From: Geosiphon pyriformis uo1
Lineage: Eukaryota > Fungi > Glomeromycota
DNA length: 64,000 nt
Direction of reading: 5' to 3'
Assembly: GCA_016748015.1 (NCBI GenBank)
Contig: JAAOMT010000659.1
Location: forward strand, 1-64,000
The notes beneath the pieces were generated by a model. The model ran no database searches, had not been told where the DNA came from, and saw nothing but the letters and a program-made list of their open reading frames with translations. A program made the position numbers and the translations under genes. This document shows, one piece after another, positions 13,252 to 25,446 of this stretch (the stretch's first letter is position 1; each line of letters begins with the position of its first letter).

Positions 13252-16200
13252 CTACATACCTATAATGACATGCAGATTACAATCTAACCTAGAAAAGAAA
13301 AGACAAAACATATGATGGCCAAAACTAATAGCAAGAGAGTCAGCAATGCCAAGCATCTTAATCACATTATCCAATAACAATTGCACTACACATTGCATTA
13401 AACTTGACATTAGCCTACTATCCCCGACCAAACCAGTCTTTTCTATGTCCACCCTATGTTTAGATCTTACCAGCCAGATCCTAGAATGATGTAACTCAAC
13501 AAAATGTCTTATATAATCAACAACAACACTCACAGCCTCTTTTTTATTATTAAAAACTCCAGCTGCTTCTGTATACCAATCCTCCATAACAAACCCTTTG
13601 CACACAACTGAGTACAGACCAATATTCAATGAGCACAGATCAAGGAACTGCAAAACAGTAGAAGAAGATGAAGTGCAAGCTCTTACCAAAGAGACCCAAG
13701 AAGCAGAAGCCTTGGCCAAAATCTCTTTTCAAATATCAACATCCAAAGCACACAAAAAAACATGATCAGGCAACTCCACCTCACCACACAGCAAACACTG
13801 CACACCAAGATAACCTTTATCATACAATCTTTTCCTAACTGCCACTGGAAGCCATCGGTGTACAGCTTTTATCAAATATGAACGTAAAACTGAAGACTTC
13901 CGACTAGTAGACTCTGCAAGCATATACAAGTCAGGGTGTCACACTCTTGAAGTGGCTCCTCAGTCAATACTCCCAATCAGAGCATTTGGAACAATATCAC
14001 AACCAAGTCCAGCTTCTTACTAAGCATGACAAATAGATCTGTACAAATTTCAAACAAAATGCCAGGCATTGTCAGACACAACCATGTCCTCAGCCACCAA
14101 GAAATGTTCCTGCACTCCTACTGGCAAGAAAAACTGAGAGTGCATAGCATTACCAGCTGCAGCATCAGTCTTCTCATTGCCACAAATACCAGAATAACCT
14201 CTAATCTTCATCCATTTTACATTGATATTCTTTTTATAGACCAAATTGAAAATGTGATGTCTTTCCACCCAACATGGAACATGGAAATCAGGCACAGCAG
14301 TAGACATCTTAAACACACAAGTGTTAATAGCAGCTTGACTGTCAGTATGCACTACTACTGTACAAAAAGATAGGACGCACTCCAATGCCAAAGCAATAGC
14401 CTGCAATTTGGCCAAAATAGATGACAACAAACCCCAAATTTTAACCTCAAGACTAAGATTCACAGCAGGAAAGTACACAGCTGCACTACTGGAGACATCA
14501 ACTAAGCCAAAATTTCTCAATGAACTATCTATGAACACGTTAAATGAACCAGACCAAATTTTGTGCAAGCTACTCCACACAACAGAAAATCCCTAAGAAT
14601 TCAAAATGCTTAAACCATAAAGCTGGCCAGAATCTGTAGAAACTGAAGACTCAGTGTTACTATTACACAGAAATTGAGATGTTTGTCTGAACCAGGAAAG
14701 GACAGGACCCCTTAGGTCAAGCTTTTTCTACCACTGTAAGGTTTTCCAGTCCATTACATGCCCCTTTTTGTCCAGCAGCCTGTCATCAAATACAACACCA
14801 AAATGCTTTAAAAAATGCACAGAACTAAAGTAAAGAGCATCTCCGAACACCAATGATATAAGAAAAACACCAGAACTATGAAAGATATTAGGCAGATTAT
14901 TTGCCAAAGATAACTTATTGCTCAAAAAAACTTTCACCACATTAGCCAAAAAATTATTTACAGGACTAACACATAACCTGACAAGAACTGCAAAGGATTT
15001 ATAAGAGCCCAGCCCATAATCTGCAAATTCAAAAATCTATAATTGAACAAGCGCCTTAGAATGCCTGCAGTATTAGAAAAAGAGACCACAGCAGCCAATT
15101 TACTTTCAGACTGAATCTGCTTAAAGGTTTTTAAACCATACAACAAAGGGTGATGCAAAGCTGCATCAGAGAAGTCATGAGACAGACAGGCCTTAAGCTT
15201 AAAACTCTTCTTAATCATGACATCTTACTTGTGACAAATATTCAATAACACAAAACTGAACTAAGTCCAATAACTAACAATAGACTGCAAAACTGTTGAC
15301 ACCAAATATGAGAACTGTTTATTAGTAATAGCCTTTCTCAGCACAACATTAACAAAGAAACAAACATTAGAATAAGCTTTGGCAACACTCGGCTTGGACA
15401 GTTTCTCAGTAAACAAAAAAATTCTTAGATAACAATATACCTTGCCCTTTTTGGCAATTGAAATTGGCTGACCACAAATACTCAAAGAAGCAACCTTAAC
15501 ATCTTGATTAATAGGGATAGTGACTGTCTTATCATTGTTGATAGAAATGTCATTTATTTCAAAGAATTTGCTGGCAATATTCAAAGCATATTGAGTCAAA
15601 GTCTGATAGCTCTCAACCCAAATTGTGTTATTGACAAACGCACCAGCCATGAAATGAGATGTTATCCCCCCACTATTTTTAATCCTTCCTGACCTTGAAA
15701 CAAATCTAGTATTAATTCAGTACTCATACAATTGTTCATGTTTCTTAATCTTACACAAAAGGGAATCATAAAATACTCTCCAGAAAAGAGGTGAAAAGAC
15801 CTCACCCTGATCCAATCCATTATACACCTTATAGCCATCAGACAGACCAAAATCAGTCATAACCTTATTAATCTTATTCTTATGTATACTACCAAAAAAT
15901 TTTATAAATCTGTTACATATCTTGATCCACATCAAACTAGCCCTCAGATAGTACCAACCAACAGAATCATAAGCCTTTCGCATATTTTGCAAAACCAACC
16001 AAATTTCTCTGTTTTTCTCAAGAGTATCTTCAATAATGGATCCAACAGCAAACACTGAAGATTGCGTAGAAGTGCTCTTTAGCACAGAAAAGTTATCATT
16101 CTGGAGGACACCAAATTTACTGCAGACAAATGAGATATGGTCAGATAGAATCTTAGAAAGAATCTTCTTTAGAATTTCAATCAACACAATAGAGTGAGTG

Positions 16201-16481
16201 TTTGTAAAAACTCCATTCCAGTCATAGGGTTTTGAAATCATCAAAACTCATGCTCTCCTCCATAGAACAGGCACACCACCCATATCCAAGCACACATTCA
16301 ATAGCTTCAATAGGCAACTTATTATTACATTATTACCATGCTTCTACAGTTCATTAGAGATGCCAGATAAACCTGCAGCCTTTCTATTAAGTAAACTACT
16401 GACAACCAAAAGCAACTCGCTCAGGCCAATAGGATGCATTACACCAGAAAAGATATCATTTTTTACATAATCCAAAGGCAC
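13252..16481 (-). pseudogene. LINE C ORF2, 3' part (RT, RNase H, CCHC)
   Basis: NMRKAYDSV, GLDQGEVFSPLFW, AGAFVNNT, HTDSQAAI, CLLCGEVELPDHVFLC. Confidence 0.9.
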
Positions 16482-17464
16482 TGTTACCAGACAAAATTAG
16501 AGATATTGTTTAGCATAAAATTACTCTTATAAATTTTATCATTAATTAGCATATATTATCATTCAAATTATTACTTATAATGTTAACAAAATATCTGAAA
16601 TTATCATTTAATTAATAACTCAAATTGTACATAACACAAATGTAACTTAATTGTGATAATTAATTATGCAATACCCTGAACTATGTAACATTCAAAAAGT
16701 TTGCCGAAATTGTAAGAAATTCGCCAAAATAATTGATAGTTTGTCAAAATATCTAATAGTTTGCAAAAATAACTTGTAGTTCACTGAAATGTATCTTTAG
16801 TTCAGCAAAATTATAGAAAATAGCAAAGTTTAAGTTCATAGAATAGTGTTATGACAAGTTGTATAAAAGAAGAGCTTCTCTCTTCGAGGAAATATATCTT
16901 ACTTCAGATTTAATAATTAGAATCATTCTTTACACACAAAAACAAAATAAATATCAAATAAATTTGAAAAGCCAAATTCTTAATTATTTTCTTTGAAATT
17001 AATCAATTCCTACTAACAGTTGAAATTGATTAGCTACCAATTTCAGTAGACTGTTAAAACACTTCCAGGCCTGGATCTGAAACAACTTCCATAAATTATC
17101 AGTTTTACTTTTTCTTTTACATTTCTTTTATTCTCTTTCTTTTCTTATTATAAATCATTTGGGTAGCCTATGGACAAGAGTTCTTGTAGAAAAGTTGACT
17201 TTCACAGCAAAGTAACTACACATTTTAGTGAGCTTTCAGATGAGCAATTCCTGGGAAAGAGTTAATGTTTACTACAACATAACTATACAAAATAACTGGC
17301 ATGGAATTGGCCATTTCACTTATAAGTCCAGCAGTTTAAATTATAGAAGATAATTTGAAGATAAATTCAGTTATTGGAGGTTCAAACACTTCTCATAATC
17401 GTGAATTAACAGCATTACAACAAACATACAAGAACTAAGAAGAAACCAAAAACCTCTGGTAACA
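16482..17464 (+). repeat. G1 5' LTR
   Basis: Direct repeat of 25396-26378. Inverted termini TGTTACCAG/CTGGTAACA. TATAAAA at 16862. Confidence 0.97.
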
Positions 17465-17466
17465 TT

Positions 17467-17478
17467 TGGTGCTCTCCC
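17467..17478 (+). promoter_or_regulatory. G1 primer-binding site
   Basis: TGGTGCTCTCCC 2 nt after the LTR, complementary to a tRNA CCA end. Same core as the PBSs at 33426 and 39121. Confidence 0.8.
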
Positions 17479-17509
17479 ACAAAAACAACACAGCAAAAAC
17501 AACTTCAAA

Positions 17510-20500
17510 GTGATAACCACACCAGACACAACAACTCTAGAGTATTACCAATCAATTTACATCCACTACAAGCAAAGATTTAACATTCCAAACGGAATTG
17601 AAGTTGTCAAGAAATTAGTATACCAATACATTGAAAACCACATCAACAATTATCTTTTTGGAAATTACAATATCTCAAAAGTTAGAAGCAATCTTTACAA
17701 TAATTTAGTACATTATTCACAGTTGGGAACTGAAGACCTTAACAGTGAAACACTTGCCACTTACTTTCAAGAACTAAATTTTAACATTATCAAGTACTGT
17801 GAAGAAACATATCCAGTGCAGTCTTAATACTTCATTGATTTTGAATCAGAAACAGAAACAAGCAACAAAGACAAACAAAAATTGAAGCAATACTCAAAAA
17901 CCACCTCAAATACCCCAATACTACCAAAAACAACTGCCAAACACTTACAAACACCTGAACAAGGAACCAGTTCAAAACTTCCACTTACTATCACACCTTT
18001 TCCAGCTTCACTTGCACAAGCACAAACACCTAATTCACTCTTAAATTGATTTGCAAAACTAGAAGATTTTACATTACCCAAAAGTTCCACCAGACAATAA
18101 GAATCTCTTCAAACTAGTTCCAATCTTCTTGACTTTCTAGCTAAAAATCGAAGTGAACACTCTGAGACAGCAGCGAATGAAGAAAACAACTTTGAAATAT
18201 CTGAAAAAGAATCAATAGACAGTAAAAATGAAGAAGACGAAATGACAGCATACATTGCAAAAATTCTTGAATTCAATAGAGAAGACATTGAGACCAGTCC
18301 CCAAGAATGGCTCAACCAAGTTACTAAAGCTGGAGATGCAAATGGATGGAATGCTGCCAGAATGTTAAGAACAATTCCCTACTTTCTCAAAAGAACAGCA
18401 GGCGAATAGTTCAAAAACTTGACCACCTCTTTTAATGACTGGACAGCTTTTAAAACTGCCTTCTTAGAACAATTTACCAATAACAACACCTCAATCACTC
18501 TTCGAAATTGTTTTCACAATATCAAACAAGAACCCTCCGAATCTGTTATAACTTATATTGGGAAATTCAACAAACTTCTCAGACAAATTCGCCAACTTGA
18601 AACTAATGATTATTATTCCAATGCTCAAATCTTGGATCAATTTATCGCTGGTTTAAAGGATAAATTGATTAAAAAGGTTCGCCCACATGCCCCAGAAGAT
18701 TTAAACTCTGCCATTCAGCATGCAAAGAGATATCAAATAGCCATAGAAGAAGCCAATTATACAAAACTCATGAACTTAGCCATTGGAGAAACCAGCTCAG
18801 CAGCTAAAAAAAAAATTGACCAACTCGCAAAGAAAGTTGAAAACTATTTCACCAACTAACAACAACAGCAACCCCAAAGATATTAATCACCCCAAAGACA
18901 GAATCAAAACAACTTCACATCATTCTCTAATAACCAGTCTCAGAGTTGCCATTACTGTAAAATTCCTGGCCACTGGAAAAAAAATTGCAGAAAGCTACAA
19001 CAAGACCAACAAAATAGGAGTAATCAATATTACCCTTTACTACAGCAATCTTATTATCAACCACCACCAGCTTACTATTCACCAAGACCCCAATATCAAA
19101 GTAATTATTATTAGCCTGCCCCACAGCCAATTCAACAGCAATACCAACAACCACCCACACAACATTATCAAGTGCCTGCTCGAAGATTAATCCTGCAAAA
19201 TCAATTTACACCACAAAACTGATACCAAGTAAACAACAATAGAATCAATTCAAACAACCAATTAGTTCCCCGAAATCCAGCTCAGCCAAGACCCACTCAT
19301 TATCATACTCAACCTAGCTATCTTACAATACCTGAAGAACAGGATTTTCACCATACTGCACTCTCAGAAGGTAGAGCTGCAGCATGACAACAAAACCCTT
19401 CCTATACTTTTACTACAATCCCACCAGCCAGAATTGCTGAAAACACCAATCTTTCAGACATATTTCCTTTTAAGTTTGAAGCAAATGAGTCACCATTCCT
19501 ACTTAATAATGCAGCCGCCAATGAACAAAAAGCAATCACTGCTATGTACACCAAAGCAGAAGTCAAAGAAAAGGCAATTCGCTTGATCCTAGACAGTGAA
19601 TCTGCCAGAAGCATCATCACCTACCAGTTAATACAACAGTTAAAAAGAAATGTTGACTGACCAGCTCAAACAGTAATCGTTACTGCTGATGGCATGAAAA
19701 AAACTCTAGTAGGAGAAATTGACAATTTTTCATTCACTCTTGATGGAATTATCATTTCAGTCAAAGTTCTTGTAATGGATGCACCCCAGTACCAAGCTCT
19801 CATTGGAAATGATTGGCTTCAAAAAGCCAATGCTAATCTGAATTGGGAGACACAAGAGTTAACAATCTCCTACCAAGGACAACACGCCCAGATGCCTGCC
19901 ACTTGTGATACATTCAACAAATGCTTCAAAAAAGCCCCGGCTTTTAAATTCAAACTGGAAGAAGAAAAGCCCATTATTGAAACATTTATGGATCAACCTC
20001 CAATTGGGCCGATAAAACTGAACAACAGTACTTTTCAACAAATGATTCTTTTGAAACAGAAGAACCAGTGACAACTGGATGGAATATCCCCTATTCAAAA
20101 CCAGAACCACGAAAACAACACCCCTATATTCCACTCAAATGCAAGGACTGCCACAAGAAACTCTCCTCAATGAAAGCCTGCATTTCACCTGAAGAAGAAT
20201 ATGAAAATCATACTTGTTATTACTGCAAGACTTGCCACAGAGAATGATGAGGCCATCTAATAAAAAGAAGCAAAAAATGGGATAACACCTCTTGTTTGAC
20301 TTGTGAGGATATGCTACCAAAAAAATGCAATTGAATTGACATAGCAATGAGAGAAGGAGTCTGCGATCAGACCTGCCAATATGCTTTATCAATTTCAGAA
20401 AAAGTAAAAAGAGAAACACCTTTTAATGTGGCATATAACAGTGCTCTTAACAAACTTTATTACTATCCCCATGATGCTAAGATGATTTTCAACCTAGCAA

Positions 20501-23131
20501 TGGCATTAATTAATGGAGCTACTAAAGAAGATGTCCATTAAATGAAGGAAGCAAAATACATTGAATACACCATAAAATTAGCTGGATTCGATTACAAAGA
20601 TGAAGTAGAAGTCTACCACCAAATTACAAGTCACACCTACCCAACTCAAGAAGCTCAAATTCAATGATTAAAGCAAATGAACATTAAGCTATGTAAAGAA
20701 TGCATTATGCCTTGTGATAAACAGTAGTGTCCTGAATGCTATGCTCTTAACATTCCTCTGCCCAGTAAAAACAATGAGAATGAAATTGAATTTGGAGAAC
20801 CTGAAACAACAGAAGAAATTGAAGCAACACTCATCTATCTTATTGAAAACCAGCCTGCCTTACAACTCAAATACTTCAACAACAATGGACAAGGAATAAA
20901 ACCTGAAAAAGCACATGAAATTGATGCTGAATATGACCTAAGATATCCAGACAAGGATACTCTCATTCTCAAACCCAAATCTTTCACAAAAATCAACCTC
21001 AAAATTGCTCTCGAAATCCCACCAGGAGCAATGGTTCAAATTGCCTCCCAGTTCTCTCTGGTAAGCAAAAGAATCAATGTCAAAGGAAGAATAATTGATG
21101 CTAGATATACTGGTAACATAACAGTAATACTCCAAAACAAAACTGACAAACCGTTTAAGATTGAACATGCCAAAAAAATTGCCCAAGTCATTTATTTACC
21201 CTTAATCAACATTTCGGGTTTACAATTAGTCAATCAAAGAAAACTATTGGGAAAAAGTGAAAAAAGAACCCAAGATTTTGGTTCAACTGGATGATTCACA
21301 GTTCCAGTAAACATAGCCTTCAACAAACAGAAAAAATCTCACCAGATTTTATGACTTCCACAACCAATTACTATTTCACCCTTTGGAAAACACCCTGAGA
21401 TTTACACTTGTGAAAAGCCAATAACCACACAACAAATTTTTGAGTTCAATGAACAAATCTGCTTGGAACATAATATCTTGATCCCAAACATTTATATTCC
21501 AGAAGAAACAAAGAAAATCCGAGTTACTTTTTACAATCCCAACAATTTCCTCATAGTTTTATTAAATAACTTAAAAATTGAAGTTATTCACAATAATATC
21601 TTTTAACAAGAATTACTCCAAACAATCTCTGATTTCTTTGAAATTATTGAACATTTACTACCAAAAATCAACCCAAATACCAGCTCTGAAAACTACCATG
21701 TTGTTATAGAAAAACTATCTCGAATCAACATGGGACAACTTGAACCACAACAACAAAACCAGCTCAAAAAGCTAATTACAAAATTTGCCGATATCTTTGC
21801 CAAAAACAACAATGACTTAGGAAGAACCGATTTGGTTTAACACCAAATCTACACAGGAGATACCAAACCAAGATGACAGCAAGCCTACTGAGTTGCTCCA
21901 GAAAGTCACCAATTTATCCACAAAGAAGTACAATGAATGCTCAACAATGGGCTTATTCAACCATCAATGAGTCCATGGGCTTTATCTGTGGTCTTAGTTA
22001 AAAAAAAATGGAAAGATATGATTTTGTGTTGATTATCGACAACTCAACAGTGTCACCATTAGAGATGTCTACTCTCTTCTCTGAATTGATGACATGTTAG
22101 ATGCTCTTGGAAAGTCCAAATACTTTTTGACCTTAGATTTGGAGAGTGGATATTGACAAGTTGCCATGGATCTCAAAGATCGCCCCAAAACAGCATTCAC
22201 CACTCAAGAAGGAAATTATGAGTTCAACGTAATGCCTTTTGGATTATGTAATGCACCAGCAACATTCCAAAGACTCATGGATGTTGTTTACAAAAGTCTC
22301 CTTTGGAAATCAGTAGTTGTCTATTTCAATGATACTGATGTTTATTCACCATCTTTTGAGTTACACTTAAAACACCTGTGAGAAGTTTTTCAATGACTAC
22401 GAAAAGCAGGATTGAAACTGAACATCGAAAAATGCTACTTCGGAAAAACAAGTTTGGTCTTTCTTGGTCACATTGTTAACAAAGATGGAATCAAACCAGA
22501 CCCTGGAAAAATCAGCACTGTTAAAAACTTCAAAACTCCTCAAAACACTACAGAATTAAGAGGATTCATAGGGTTAGCCTCCTACTATTGGAAGTTTATC
22601 AAAAGATTCTCAGAAATCGCAAAACCTCTCAACCAGCTTACCACCAAAAACATCAAATACAAATGGACTGCTGAACACCAAAATGCATTTGAAATCCTCA
22701 AAAAAAAACTAACCACAGCTCCAATTCTCACCTATCCAGATTTTAGCAACCGATTTCGGTTAGCAACAGATGCCTTTTATACTGCCTTTGGTGCTATCCT
22801 ATCACAGTTAGATGACAATGGAAATGAGTGAGTAATTGCTTATGCTAGCAGAACACTAAAACCAGCTGAAAAGAACTACTCTGCAATAGAATTAGAAACT
22901 GCAGCAGTAATCTGGGCCCTACATCACTTTAACCTTTACCTTAGACCCAAAGAATTTGATATTATCATTGATAATATTGGACTTAAATGGCTTCAGAACA
23001 AAAACACTCAGCTAAATGCAAAACAAACCTGATGGACAGGATTTTTAACCAACTACCAATACATTGTACATCACAAACCAGGAAAACTCCACACCAATGT
23101 TGATTGTCTCTCAAGAATAAGGCAAGATTAG
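17510..23131 (+). pseudogene. G1 gag-pol: N-terminal extension, Gag, zinc knuckle, protease, Cys-rich domain, dUTPase, RT, RNase H
   Basis: CHYCKIPGHWKKNC at 18947-18988; LILDSESARS and LIGNDWL protease; RT KTAFTT, VMPFGLCNAPATFQRLM, VYFNDT; RNase H LATDA and LSRIRQD*. Many CGA>TGA and CAA>TAA stops. Confidence 0.93.
20870..21294 (+). pseudogene. dUTPase domain in G1 pol
   Basis: Trimeric dUTPase motifs DAEYDL, ASQFSL, GRIIDARYTG, IAQ, RTQDFGSTG. Confidence 0.9.
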
Positions 23132-23177
23132 AACATAAAAACAACACCTATTTGAATTAACAACAAAACAACAAACA

Positions 23178-24581
23178 ATGAACCCCAAAAACTACAACAA
23201 TCTTAAACAATATTTAAAGACATTAACAATCCCAACAGATTGGTCCCCAGATAAAAAACATCAGTTACAACAACAAGCCAAACAATACTTCCTACACAAC
23301 AACATGATTTATTATCGAAACTTCAGAAACCCAAACAATCCACTTAGATTAATACAAGAACATAAAAAAAAAACCATTCTATATAACATGTACTCAGACC
23401 CTTTATCAGCACATCTAGGAAAAGACAGCACCACCCAAAGAACATTAGAATATTACTTTTGGTCTCGAATAAGAAAAGACATTTATGAATACGTTAAATC
23501 TTGTGATAGTTGTCAAAGAAGAGGAGGAACTCACCCTACAGAACCTTTAAACCCAATCAAAGTTGGACAGCCTTTTGACAGAGTTGGTATCGATTTAGTC
23601 AGACCACTACCTATCACAAACCAAGGAAACCGTTATATTGCAGTAGCTGTAGACTATCTTACCAAATGGCCCAAAGCCAGAGTTATTCAACGAGTAGATG
23701 CGAAATCAGTAGCAAATTTCATCTACAAAGACATTATTTGTAAACATGGATGCCCAATAGAACTTTTATCTGATCAAGGAACACATTTCATGAACAATTT
23801 AATCCAGGAAATTTGTGAACAATTTAATGTCAAGAGACCATTATCTTTGCTCTACCATCCACAAACAAATGGGCTTGTAGAACGTTTTAATAGAACATTG
23901 TGTGAATCACTAGCCAAAATCTCAACTGATTTTGAGCAAGAATGGGATATCTTTATCCTATCAGTGTTACTAGTATATAGAACACTAAAACAAGATATCA
24001 CAAAACACACACTATTTGATTTAACTTACGGAAGGACAGCAACATTACCAATTAGTTTCACAGTGAAAACATACCCAGCACAACCAATTGATAAAAACAA
24101 TTTCCAGGAAATGCTTCAGCGAAAAGCCTATATTCTGCTTAGCACATTGGAAGGAAAACAACGAATAACAACCACCCATATTGAACACTCTCAAGCTCAA
24201 CAAAAAAAATGGCATGATGACAAATTGCCTCCAGTCACCAATGAATTTAAAATTGGAAACAAAGTTCTCTTACACAGAACTAAAGCTGAAAAACAATGGA
24301 GTGGAAAATTTGAGAATAAATGGGATGAACCATTCTTTATCCATGAAGTTTTAGGCAACAGATCATACAAGCTAAAACTTGATGACAAAATCTTAACAAA
24401 AGTTGTACATAGAGATCATTTGAAACACTATAATTCCAGAAACAATCCTGAACCATTAATTCCACAAATTGGTACACATTCTTCTTTAATCAATCCCAAA
24501 GACATTCCCCAAAACTTAGAACCAATAGTTGTCATTAAACAACCCTCCCAACTTGAACACTTAATTTCAATTTTATTATAG
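23178..24581 (+). CDS. G1 integrase as a stand-alone open ORF (467 aa)
   Basis: ATG start; zinc-binding region (AHLG...CDSC); DDE triad GIDLV / SDQG / VERFN; GPY/F-type C-terminus (KWDEPF); no chromodomain. Confidence 0.9.
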   Translation: MNPKNYNNLKQYLKTLTIPTDWSPDKKHQLQQQAKQYFLHNNMIYYRNFRNPNNPLRLIQEHKKKTILYNMYSDPLSAHLGKDSTTQRTLEYYFWSRIRKDIYEYVKSCDSCQRRGGTHPTEPLNPIKVGQPFDRVGIDLVRPLPITNQGNRYIAVAVDYLTKWPKARVIQRVDAKSVANFIYKDIICKHGCPIELLSDQGTHFMNNLIQEICEQFNVKRPLSLLYHPQTNGLVERFNRTLCESLAKISTDFEQEWDIFILSVLLVYRTLKQDITKHTLFDLTYGRTATLPISFTVKTYPAQPIDKNNFQEMLQRKAYILLSTLEGKQRITTTHIEHSQAQQKKWHDDKLPPVTNEFKIGNKVLLHRTKAEKQWSGKFENKWDEPFFIHEVLGNRSYKLKLDDKILTKVVHRDHLKHYNSRNNPEPLIPQIGTHSSLINPKDIPQNLEPIVVIKQPSQLEHLISILL

Positions 24582-24711
24582 TTATTCCCTTATAATTTAG
24601 AAACATATCACAACAAAAACAAAACAAAGCATGCTGAAAAAACAAAAATAACATAAAAACTCACATACCAAAAATAATTTCAATTTTATTTTTCTTTCTA
24701 ATTTCATTATA

Positions 24712-25446
24712 ATGACTATCTCTCAAAATATTCAACAGTTATCTCAAAAATTAATGTTAGCTTTAAAAACAATACCCGAATTATCTATTACTATCACTGG
24801 AAAACATATTAATTATACCCAAACAGAAATAGTTACAAATCTAGCCCCAAATTCACAAAAGTATTACACTTATAGAAAGAACACAAGAAGTTATTCTGGA
24901 ATTCATTTACCAGAACTTTTGAAGCTTGCTTTAAGAGAAAACTTATTGCTCACCCCTATTAGTATTCCACCAAATGCTACTATTCAACAAAAACTTCAAC
25001 TGTGTCTTAATGAAGAAAATGGCAAATATTCCCCAATATATAGATATTTTTATATTGGAAAAACACTTTATGAGCAAAAACTAGAGCTTACAATAGCAAA
25101 CCTCACAAAAGAAGCTATTTGGAAACAACTCCACAACAAATTCAAGACAACAGCTGGACCTACAAACAGTTGTTATAAACTAAGAGCTGCTCTTAGACTT
25201 TATGACCTATTCCACACCTGTGAAAACGTCCTACAAAACCCAATTTTACAGTTTTTGATTCAATACATTAAAAAGCTCACAGAACTGAAATTTCAACAAT
25301 TTTCAGACCAAATTTTTTCAATAATTTTGGATTACTATCTGGAATTACAGACAGTACTTGGACTTCAACGGAGCTCAGTCTTGAGGAAGAAGTTATGTTA
25401 CCAGACAAAATTAGAGATATTGTTTAGCATAAAATTACTCTTATAA
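24712..25446 (+). CDS. G1 ORF3, unknown function, downstream of integrase
   Basis: ATG-initiated 244-aa ORF with motifs YRYFYIGKTL and RAALRLYDLF...C.NVL shared with four other copies. Natural end is probably FNGAQS* near 25384, via a late frameshift. Confidence 0.75.
   Translation: MTISQNIQQLSQKLMLALKTIPELSITITGKHINYTQTEIVTNLAPNSQKYYTYRKNTRSYSGIHLPELLKLALRENLLLTPISIPPNATIQQKLQLCLNEENGKYSPIYRYFYIGKTLYEQKLELTIANLTKEAIWKQLHNKFKTTAGPTNSCYKLRAALRLYDLFHTCENVLQNPILQFLIQYIKKLTELKFQQFSDQIFSIILDYYLELQTVLGLQRSSVLRKKLCYQTKLEILFSIKLLL

Noticed and set aside
17510-23131. Alternative genetic code or programmed readthrough explaining frequent TGA/TAA
   Set aside because: Stops fall at different positions in different copies and derive from CGA, CAA or TGG by transitions.
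24712-25446. ORF3 as an envelope gene
   Set aside because: Too short, with no signal peptide, furin site or transmembrane anchor visible.
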